64,000 nucleotides of DNA from Lama glama (Eukaryota). Below the pieces are notes generated by a model. The model made no database searches and was not told where the DNA came from. It was given only the letters and a program-made list of their open reading frames with translations. The stretch lies in contig CM052816.1 in NCBI GenBank assembly GCA_028534125.1, forward strand, positions 56,918,001 to 56,982,000, given 5' to 3'. Position numbers and translations under genes: made by a program. Positions 54,311-64,000 of the stretch are shown here, in pieces (position 1 is the stretch's first letter; each line of letters begins with the position of its first letter).

Positions 54311-56228
54311 CCGTATTATCATTTCTGTACCTTGAGGGTCCTGATCACCATCCCTGTAGAGACCAGCCAGAGCAAGAAGCAAGGACTTCAGGCCTCTGAA
54401 TTTGGGGTAATACCAAATCCCCAGTTTCCAGATGAGTAATGCCAAAATTCTTAGTGCGACTCAAGTTTTTATACAATTTGTGAAGCTTTTGTTGGCTGGA
54501 AACTGGCGGCATTAAATTGAGAGAATCAGTTACAGGCTGCAGCTGCAACCTTGGCCAAAGTTACAAGCAAGGGAGAGGTAACACAGGGAAGGCAAGGTAA
54601 AGCCAATATCATCCCCTCTTGTCTGGGATGTGAAACAAGAGCACGAAATCCACAGGGAAGGAGGGAAGGCAAGTGTCTGTGCCAGGAGAGGCCAGAAGGC
54701 CTTGATTTGGGAGATTTTCCTTGAGTGCTAATGCCCTTCAAGTTTGTTATAACTGCAGTGAAATCAATTTTCCTGCTTTCTTGCTGAGGGAAGGAGCTAG
54801 TGTGTATTGTGTTAAGCGGTGAAAGAAAATCTCCTTGATCACATCAAAGCCAGGCAGAGTAACAAAACATACCAGCAACTTACATGAAGAAGGAGACAAC
54901 CTGCTTGACAAAAGACTCCTTTGCTTACCCTCATATAACCAGTTTAATTCATTTTGTCCTGGGGTTGGTTCCTGTGAATACTAAGGTGAAGATGGCATGG
55001 AACCTGTCTTTAAGTAGATCACACTCTAGCAGGGGAGAGAGGGGAGCTAGTCTGTTTCTGTACTGTGTGCTGACTGCCGTGGGAACGAGGTGTAGTGGGA
55101 ATGCAGAGGGGAGGATGAATTCAGGATGAGGGTGGAGGTGAGGCAGTCAGGGAAGGCTTCCTTGAGGCAAACCCTGGAGCTGGATTTTGGAGGGAGACTA
55201 GTTCACAGTCCAGATGGGTGGAGGGTTTTCCTGGACCAGGGCCCAAAGGAATGAAGCCACATATTGAGTATTGTGAGCTACTGGTAGTTAGGACTGTTAA
55301 TGGGTAAGTTATGAGATGGAAGTGGCAGGGGATGTGATTGGAGAGTTGAGCAGGGGTGAGGGCTTCTTTAGGCTAAGCCTAAGAAACTTGAATTTGATCA
55401 CATTCATATTTAGTTGGCAAACCTAGCTGATCACCAGAATTACCTGGGCAACTTCCAAAACAAATTCTTGGGCCCCACATCTGGAGGTTCAAATTCAGTA
55501 GGTCTGGGTGTCTGTCCAGGTGGGCAGGAAGGGAAAGGCTGACTGGGAGAAAAGAGGCTGGGGAAAGCAAAAGCAAAACAGCAGAAGTGAGCAATACTGA
55601 AAAGGCAATTTGGAGATTAGCCCAGTGGATTGTGGAGAAACTAGGTTTCTACCCTACTTTTAAAAAGAATGTTCAATTTTCGAGACTGGCTTTTGCACAA
55701 TGTTTTTTTAATGGTTGGTTTTGCAGAACATCTGCTGGTGTGCACTGGGGCCATAAGAGTGCTAACCAATACCAGTCTGGGTTTCGCAGGAGGCCCACCT
55801 AAGTGTAAAGTTTATTTTGCACTAGAAGAGCCATCTCAAGCAGTAACAATAATGGTGACAAATGAGACACGGTAGGATTTATTGTTCCAGTAGGTGCTGA
55901 TTAATATTTATTTTTCTGAAAATTGATAATAATGCATGTTTAAATTTACTTGGCATGTAAAATAAAACCAACAGGGATGAATTCCTCAGAGTGAAGACAA
56001 GATTGGTCAAGACTGAATAATAGGCACTAGTTAGTGAGTGTCTACTACAAATAAGCAAATCAGCAAAAGGGCCCTAAAGTAGAGTGACTCCTTTGGGCCA
56101 GAACAATCGTTTGCTGGCAGTTCTGTTAAGAAGCACTGGCTGTTGAAGCACAGCCTTTCATGCCTTGGGGAAGAGTCAGCCGTAGGGTTTCCAGGTGTCT
56201 TGTCTGGAACCAAACATTTGGTATTTGA

Positions 56229-56728
56229 NNNNNNNNNNNNNNNNNNNNNNNNNNNNNNNNNNNNNNNNNNNNNNNNNNNNNNNNNNNNNNNNNNNNNNNN
56301 NNNNNNNNNNNNNNNNNNNNNNNNNNNNNNNNNNNNNNNNNNNNNNNNNNNNNNNNNNNNNNNNNNNNNNNNNNNNNNNNNNNNNNNNNNNNNNNNNNNN
56401 NNNNNNNNNNNNNNNNNNNNNNNNNNNNNNNNNNNNNNNNNNNNNNNNNNNNNNNNNNNNNNNNNNNNNNNNNNNNNNNNNNNNNNNNNNNNNNNNNNNN
56501 NNNNNNNNNNNNNNNNNNNNNNNNNNNNNNNNNNNNNNNNNNNNNNNNNNNNNNNNNNNNNNNNNNNNNNNNNNNNNNNNNNNNNNNNNNNNNNNNNNNN
56601 NNNNNNNNNNNNNNNNNNNNNNNNNNNNNNNNNNNNNNNNNNNNNNNNNNNNNNNNNNNNNNNNNNNNNNNNNNNNNNNNNNNNNNNNNNNNNNNNNNNN
56701 NNNNNNNNNNNNNNNNNNNNNNNNNNNN
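56229..56728. other. Assembly gap (500 N)
   Basis: Run of N. Confidence 1.
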
Positions 56729-58094
56729 TTTTTTCAATTCTTATATTAGAATTTAAAATACTAAGTATATTTCCAGGAAATTAATTTATTAAACAATGTA
56801 AATAAACTCTAGATGATTACAGAGCCACAAACACGTACTCTTGAGGGTCTTTTATGGAAGGCAACCCACAAATGGAGGAGTTCTCTCTGGGATGGAGTTG
56901 TGTATATTTTGCAATTAAATTCATAATTTTAAAAAACCTTATGAAGTTTTGATTTCGGGGTACAAAATTTAAACGTGTACCACTGCAAACCACTGAGATT
57001 CAGAGCTAAATAAGTCTGTGTTGTGTTTTGAGGGTGGGAGGGCTAGTCCAGGTTAACTGCGGTAATGAAAATTCCTGAGTTAGTGTAAATAATTTTACCG
57101 TTATAAAACACAGATTTAGACCTTTGCTGACATTCTGAATTCTTGAGGATTTCTGAATCCTGCTCAGGCCATGAAGTGCTTGTTCAAGGAGCTGTTGTGC
57201 AGGCATAGACTACCTAGTAAGACCCAGGAGGCCACTGAAATATCTTCTTCATGAGGGAATCACCTCCCAGCTACACTGCCTGAAAATGTACCATTTGAAA
57301 TTGGATTATGGCATGTTATCAACAGAATTCCTGGGTTAAAATGAATCTTCTCTTGGGAGAAGCACCAACTACTGTCAGCTAGCAATACCTTGCCTTGAAC
57401 CTATTTTCAGACTACCTAACTGGTCCTGAAGAAATACATTTGAGGGTTGGAAAGAGCTTGTCCAATGGAATTGGGAGAGGCTGTGTTGGGAGAGACTGCT
57501 AGACCCATGAAGATGGAAGGTTCTGCTCTGCCATCACCACCTACATAAGAGCTAACAGCAATTCTCAGCACCTGCATCCTCAGCCATCCACTTGACCGGT
57601 TTTCGTGACCTTGAAATTAGCGTAGTAGCACGTGTGAACCAACACTTATGGCAGGTAATATTACACCACAAGAGGACGCTGAAGTGGAGGGCCTGCATAG
57701 TCAGAGAAACATTTCCAAGTCATCTTGGGCCCTCAAGGACTTAGGACAGGTAAGAAGGCATAAAACGGATGTAAAAAGTCTATGTATGGGGGTGGGTAGG
57801 CAGGGGAGAAGGGGGATGATCGCAGTTTTGTCAGGAACTAATTCTAGTAGAGTCTTAACTCCTACTTATTTTTACTGAAGATAATGTGCAGAGTGAGTCT
57901 GAATGTCTCTTAACTGTGAGCAAGTTAAGGGTACAAATCCAGAAGGCACAGCAAAAAACAATGGGGATGCTTTGAGGATTTCTGGGATGAAAAAGAAATA
58001 GGAAAATGAATAAATAAACCTTTATTGAGTGCATACTGCATGCAGAGTATTACAAAGAGCTAGGTGAGTGTAGGCTCTAAAACAAACAGAAGAG

Positions 58095-58540
58095 TAGGAA
58101 ACAACCCAAATGTCAATTGATGGATAAATAAACAAAATGTGGTGTATATAATGCACAACAGAATATTATGCAGCCTACAGAATGAAATTCTGATGCATGC
58201 TATAGCGGATGAATCTTGTAGACATTATGTTACTTAAGCACAACAAACCAGACACAAAGGATAAATATTGTACGCATCCACTTATATGAGGTAGCTATAG
58301 AATAGCCAATTTCCTAGAGACAAGAAGTGGAATAGTGGTTGCCAACATGCTGGGGGCAGTGGGGTGGAGGAGGAATGGGAGTTATTCTTCAACTGGTACA
58401 GAGTCTCAGTTCAGGAATGATGGAAAAGTTCTGGAAATGGATAGTGGTTACGGTTGTACCAATGTGAATATATTAATGCCTCTGAACTGTACACTTAAAA
58501 TGACATATTTTATGCTTTATATTTTTTAACCCGCGCACAC
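58095..58540 (+). mobile_element. LINE-1 (L1MB-like) 3' end
   Basis: ggaaacaacccaaatgtc...aacaaaatgtggt...gaaaagttctggaaatggatagtgg...tgaactgtacacttaaaatg. Confidence 0.8.
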
Positions 58541-58829
58541 AAAAATAAACAGAAAACAACGAATGGAGCCCCTTTTGACCTCTAGGCGCTTGAGTTTACA
58601 AAGAGAAGGGAAGATGCTGCAGCCACAAGAAGGATAGCACAGGATGAAAGAATGGAGCCACGGGCATTTCTCGCTTTCGTCTAGAGGTACTCAGAAAGCA
58701 CTTCTCTTTGGGCCTAATAATGATCTATTTACCTTACTTCTCCATGAGACGTGAGTCACACCAGAAAGTTGCGTTTTATTCTTACTCCCTCCAGAAACTA
58801 GAGTGCCAGGCACAAAGTAGCATCTCAAT

Positions 58830-59700
58830 ACAGACGGAGTGGAACGACTCTTGGAGGAGGGACGTGGCCCCAAGTGTCCGCCGAGTTTAAAGACGCGTTG
58901 ACGTTCACGTTCATGGGTAAACGCCTGGGGTGCGCTAGGGGCCGGAGAGAGTAGTCCAGGTTCCCGCCCCGGGAGCTGATGCCCCCAGGTCTGTGCCAGC
59001 CTTCGCCCACCGAAGGAAGCCCCTGGAAGTTGCGGAGCTCGCGGTCCGGGGCCCGAGGGCAAAGGGCTGAGGCGGTGCCTCCCGAGGGTCCGGCTGCCTT
59101 TTCTGCTCCTCCAGCGCGTCATCCCAATACCCCTAGGAGGACTCCTAGAGCGTCCAAACCGCCACAGGAAAAATCCTAAACCTGCAGTCCAGGGAAACGC
59201 CTCCGCATGCGCCCAGTCGCCCTTGAGAAGGCGAGGTGGGTTCGCGAGAAAGAAAAGGACTCGCGGCCCGAAGTCCAGGGGTAAGGAAGCCCGGTAGCTC
59301 ACCGGCCACACTCGCAAAACGACCGCAGTTTCCTGAGCTCCGGCTCGGGGCCAGCCCTGGGCCAACTCCGCGCGGCGCCGCCACCAGGAGGCAGGCCTCC
59401 CCCAAGCGGGCACCAGCCGGCCAGCGAGAGCCACGCGGCTTTCCGCGTCGGCGCGAGCTGGGCGCGCGGGAAGAGGGTCACCTCGTCGTCCCCGCCTGCC
59501 TCACCGAAGTTTCTTGTCCCTGTACTAACTTGAGAGATGGGGGTGGAGATTTCCCAGCCATGGCCGAGAGCTGGGAGCTTATTAGGGCGGGAGGCCCAAG
59601 GATGGCAGACGAGGGAGGCAAAAGAGGGACCCGCGCGGGAAATGAAATTCTTGGGTTTCCATGCTCGGGGAATTTCACGGAGCACGGAGCTAAAAGTGGC
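58830..59700. promoter_or_regulatory. CpG island upstream of FOXD1
   Basis: Dense CpG/GC block separated from the FOXD1 island by AT-rich DNA. Confidence 0.7.
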
Positions 59701-61439
59701 ATACAAACGTGTAGCTTAACTAAAGCAAACAAAGCAAGTGGTATATCCAAATGTGGAGCTTTAGTAAAGCTCACACAAATCTCTGTTAACATTCTCTGTT
59801 CCTGCAGCGCTTCTCCTGGGTTGATCTTCCGCTCTGACCTTCGTAAATCCTAACACTTTCCTAGGAGCGGCCAGAAGATAATTTGCCACGTTTTTAAAGG
59901 GTTTCCAGGGAAAAGCTCTTAACCCTTTGTGGGGGACCTTCGGGCAAAATTACAAACGAAATACAAAGTCAATCTCAGAGCCCTTCTTGGTCAGACAAGT
60001 TCAAGGCAGTGTTAACAGAACCGAATGACTGCTGTAACTGATCACCTAAAGTAACTAATGGTCTGCGAACAAATTCTTCTACGTTTCAACTTTAAATACT
60101 TTGCCACACACCAATCCTCAGTGCAGCGAAAATCTCGTGGTGTTTATTTAAATATCGACTGAGTACTTATAAAGCTTAAACTTTCAAACGTAAAAGTGAA
60201 CTGCTTGGTAAGGACTCCTGGCTACATCAACAAAGTAATGTAATGCCTGATTAATAGTGCTGATTAACGTTGGCTCCGGTTAATGCTGGGCCCATTACAA
60301 TAATTAAATGATGCAGTCATATATCAAATAAGAGTCAATGAAAAATAATTTATTTAGGGTTCTGAGGCATTCCTATGGAATTTTCAAAGACCTAGAACGG
60401 ACTGTATGGGTCATTTGTAACTGTAATTGGTTGATAGCTGTCCTCAGCAACAAAAACTCGATTTAAAAAGAAGTCTTAGATGGGGGAAACAGTTTATTTT
60501 TGAGGCTCTGTAATTGATAAGGGGAGTAATGAAATGTTTGAAAATGTGAAAAGTGCTTGGTCCTTAAAATGATATACAGAAGGGCAGCTGATGATTGTTT
60601 CCACATAAAGCCATTGATTTTTGATTCTCAGTTCTTGTCAAGCGGTCATTTTAGTCAGAAAGCTAAAATTTTGAGGCAAGGTCCCCACTTTGAAGTAAAA
60701 GAGTTTTAGGAAATGCAAAAGTCCAAAAAGTATGGCTACGTGAGTATGAATTCCACAAGCTATTAGGATTTTTCCACTAACCAAAGTAAAAATGAATTGG
60801 TGACAAAGATAGGTGTACTTAAAATGCCATTGTATTTGAATTACTACCACTACCTTGTCATCTGAAAAAGGAAAATTGAGTTGAACAGAACTTGAATCTT
60901 ACTTTTTAAAATTATTTCGTTTCTTTTCACCAGTACCTACTGGAAATATTTAGTGGATTTAAAACAATTTTTAAAAGCTGATGTGAAAGTTTCTATCATT
61001 GTAGTTTTATTATTAAGCCTGGCCATGTAAAGATACGTGTGTATGTTTAGTAATATAAGTATTTTGAGATTACTGTGGAGTGTTGATTAGAACATTCCCC
61101 TTACTGAAAACTATAGAATCTCTCATGCCATTATGAAAGAACTTTTTTGAGTTGTTCCTAGATGCATTTTTTTGGTGTGTATTTGGGTTTTCACTAAAAA
61201 TTTCTATTTCTTCTCTGCGTTCAATGATTACTTTCTTTATTCCCATGAAATTCATCAGATCCTCTCATTAGAGTGCCTTAGTTTAGCTGTCAAGTTTCTA
61301 GGGCTTTCAACTGCAGATAAGTGACTAAAACACCAGCTTAACAGCATTTTTATTAACAGATGGTGGAAAACAGAAGTCTTTGGAGAAGAACCAAAGGGGA
61401 CAGGTTAAAAGGTCAATAAACAATTATTATTGTGCTTAA

Positions 61440-62343
61440 ACCGGGGGATTTCTCATCAGATTCGGTGGGCAGCCGCTCACCCAATCTGGAGGAGATGAAA
61501 CAACCCAGCAGACCTCAGGGCCGTACCCCAGGGACCACCTCAGACGGTGGGGTGGTTATCTCCCGGCTGGATGGCTCCTACCGGCCATCCACTGGTCCAA
61601 TCGTCGCGTCCCGGGAGTGCTCCTGAGGTTAGGGTTGAGAGCTAACTGAAGACAAGGAGGCTGGGAACTCTAACTCGTGCAGCGGCCCTCGGTCAGACCA
61701 CCGTAGGCCTGCGCGTAATTCAGGTCTCAGCCCCCTTGGCAAGGAATGGTGGGGTCCTATCTCCACCCCCCTCTTCTCAGTTGCTGCTCCCTCTTACGGG
61801 TGAACTTTCTCTCCCGAGCTGGGCTGATTTTCTAGGCTTTCTTTCCCTTGCCTCGGTAGCGCTCTGACGTGCACACCATGTGACAGGCCTCCTTGTGCTA
61901 TAAGCCGAGGAAAGGTCCGCCCTCTCCTGGACTCAGCCCTCTCCTCGCCGAGCTCTGTCCCTAGACTCTCACCCGTCCCGCACCCTCCCGGGCTCCCGAC
62001 GTTTTAACTTGCTCGCCCGGGGCCCCGCCACCCCCTCCTCAACTGAACCGGCGAGAGGCGCTGGGAGAGAGGAAGGTCAAGTCCCCCGCCCCGGCCGGGT
62101 GCACGCTGAGCCAAGGGAGCGCGGAGATCCTGGGGCTACCGCGGCGGCGCAGGAGTTACAAAGTCGCAGCGCAAGCCTCCGCCGCTGCCGCCGGGCCGCC
62201 CCGGCGCAGCTTGAGCCGCAGCGGCGCCCCCCCAGCGTGGCGCCCCCGGGCCAAGCCCGCCGCCCGAGACCTGGGCTGGGGCGCGGCGGGAGCCCAGAGC
62301 CCGGCGCCCCTATGGGCCGCCTCGCCGCCGCCGCGCCACAGCT
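61440..62343 (+). promoter_or_regulatory. FOXD1 promoter / 5'UTR CpG island
   Basis: CpG-rich; TGACGT at 61865, TGACAG at 61881, TATAA at 61899; exact TSS not determinable. Confidence 0.7.
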
Positions 62344-63768
62344 ATGACCCTGAGTACGGAGATGTCCGATGCCTCTGGCCTCGCCGAGGAGACAGACATC
62401 GACGTGGTGGGGGAAGGCGAGGACGAAGACGACGAGGAAGAGGAGGACGACGAAGAGGGCGGCGGTGGCGGGCCCCGGCTGGCTGTCCCCGCGCAGCGGC
62501 GGCGGCGGCGGCGCTCGTACGCCGGGGAAGACGAGCTAGAGGACCTGGAGGAGGAGGACGACGACGATGACATCCTGCTGGCCCCGCGGACAGGGGGCTC
62601 CCCGGCACCCCCGGGCCCAGCCCCAGTGGCAGGGGCCGGGGCCGGGGCCGGTGGTGGCGGCAGCGCGGGTGCGAGCGGCGGCGGCGGCAGCGTGAGCTCG
62701 GGCGGCGGCGCCAAGAACCCCCTGGTGAAGCCGCCCTACTCGTACATCGCGCTCATCACCATGGCCATCCTGCAGAGCCCCAAGAAACGGCTGACGCTGA
62801 GCGAGATCTGCGAGTTCATCAGCGGCCGCTTCCCCTACTACCGGGAGAAGTTCCCCGCCTGGCAGAACAGCATCCGCCACAATCTCTCGCTCAACGACTG
62901 CTTCGTCAAGATTCCCCGCGAGCCCGGCAACCCCGGCAAAGGCAACTACTGGACGCTCGACCCTGAGTCCGCCGACATGTTCGACAACGGCAGCTTCCTG
63001 CGCCGGAGGAAGCGCTTCAAGCGGCAGCCACTGCTCCCGCCCAACGCGGCCGCCGCCGAATCGCTGCTGCTGCGCAGCGCGGGGGGCGCGGGGAGCCCAG
63101 GGGACCCCGCCGCCGCCGCCGCGCTCTTCCCACCCGCGCCCCCACCAGCCCCGCACGCCTACGGCTACAGCCCCTACGGCTGCGGCTATGGCCTGCAGCT
63201 GCCGCCCTACGCGCCGCCCTCGGCCCTCTTCGCCGCAGCCGCCGCTGCCGCCGCAGCCTTCCACCCGCACTCACCCCCGCCGCCCCCGCCGCCCCCACCG
63301 CCGCACGGTGCGGCGGCAGAGCTTGCCCGGACCGCCTTCGGCTACCGGCCGCACCCGCTCGGCGCCGCCCTGCCCGGCCCCCTGCAGGCCTCGGCGGCCA
63401 AGGCGGGCGGCCCGGGCACCTCAGCGCTGGCGCGCTCGCCCTTCTCCATCGAGAGCATCATCGGGGGCAGCCTGGGCCCGGCCGCCGCCGCCGCAGCCGC
63501 CGCGCAGGCCGCCGTCACCGTGCAGGCCTCGCCCTCCCCGTCTCCGGGGACGCCGTCCGCGCCCGCGCCCGCATCCGGCGGCGGCGGCGGCGGCGGCTGC
63601 GGGGCTCAGGCGGCGGTGGGACCGGCCGCCGCGCTCACCCGCTCCCTCGTGGCCGCCGCGGCCGCAGCCGCCTCCTCCGTCTCCTCGTCCGCCGCCCTGG
63701 GGACTCTGCACCAAGGGACTGCCCTGTCAAGTGTCGAGAACTTTACTGCTAGGATCTCAAATTGTTAA
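62344..63768 (+). CDS. FOXD1: Forkhead box protein D1, single exon, 474 aa
   Basis: [25 protein letters not shown] start, acidic tracts, forkhead domain [18 protein letters not shown]...RRRKRFKR (~62728-63024), eh1 motif FSIESII, C-terminus [11 protein letters not shown]. Confidence 0.98.
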   Translation: MTLSTEMSDASGLAEETDIDVVGEGEDEDDEEEEDDEEGGGGGPRLAVPAQRRRRRRSYAGEDELEDLEEEDDDDDILLAPRTGGSPAPPGPAPVAGAGAGAGGGGSAGASGGGGSVSSGGGAKNPLVKPPYSYIALITMAILQSPKKRLTLSEICEFISGRFPYYREKFPAWQNSIRHNLSLNDCFVKIPREPGNPGKGNYWTLDPESADMFDNGSFLRRRKRFKRQPLLPPNAAAAESLLLRSAGGAGSPGDPAAAAALFPPAPPPAPHAYGYSPYGCGYGLQLPPYAPPSALFAAAAAAAAAFHPHSPPPPPPPPPPHGAAAELARTAFGYRPHPLGAALPGPLQASAAKAGGPGTSALARSPFSIESIIGGSLGPAAAAAAAAQAAVTVQASPSPSPGTPSAPAPASGGGGGGGCGAQAAVGPAAALTRSLVAAAAAAASSVSSSAALGTLHQGTALSSVENFTARISNC

Positions 63769-64000
63769 TAACGCTATGTTAGCGCGCTTGAGATGGAGAA
63801 GGTAGGAATCCCGGCTCCTTTTTTCATCTGGGTGGTTTTGTGTTTTGTTCCCGCCTCCCGACGCGGCCCCTGCCGACCTCGCGCCCCCATTTTCGCCGCT
63901 TTGGATTCTCTGAGGAGACTGTTTGGCAACTGCTTGGGCGCGCTTTTTGGCTCTGCAGGTTCCCCTATTTCTGCAAAATCGCCCTATGCTGCAGTCCCCC

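Noticed and set aside
56126..56784. ORFs of 184-213 aa
   Set aside because: Artefacts of the second N gap.
58691..59853. 247-aa (-) and 205-aa (+) ORFs
   Set aside because: Stop-poor GC-rich island; Arg/Pro/Gly/Ala-biased, with no domain or splice support.
62310..63805. Antisense and alternate-frame ORFs over FOXD1
   Set aside because: Shadow ORFs from extreme GC content and triplet repeats.

Overview
Mammalian (eukaryotic) genomic DNA, most likely a camelid, judged from two vic-1-like tRNA-Ala-derived SINEs. The window holds the conserved ANKRA2 (+) / BTF3 (-) / FOXD1 (+) block. ANKRA2 has 8 coding exons (1082-7929, 313 aa), BTF3 has 6 coding exons (38470-31818, 206-aa BTF3a and 162-aa BTF3b starts), and FOXD1 is single-exon (62344-63768, 474 aa). 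There are two 500-N assembly gaps and many old transposon fragments. The main surprise is a four-exon, stop-free, phase-consistent gene on the + strand between ANKRA2 and BTF3 (26329-29289) that the ORF track mostly misses. It encodes a transmembrane helix plus three LDL-receptor class A modules and closely follows LDLRAD1. It looks like an intact LDLRAD1 paralogue at a locus where I recall no protein-coding gene in human. Its first exon(s) could not be fixed. Homology calls rest on remembered sequences, not database searches.
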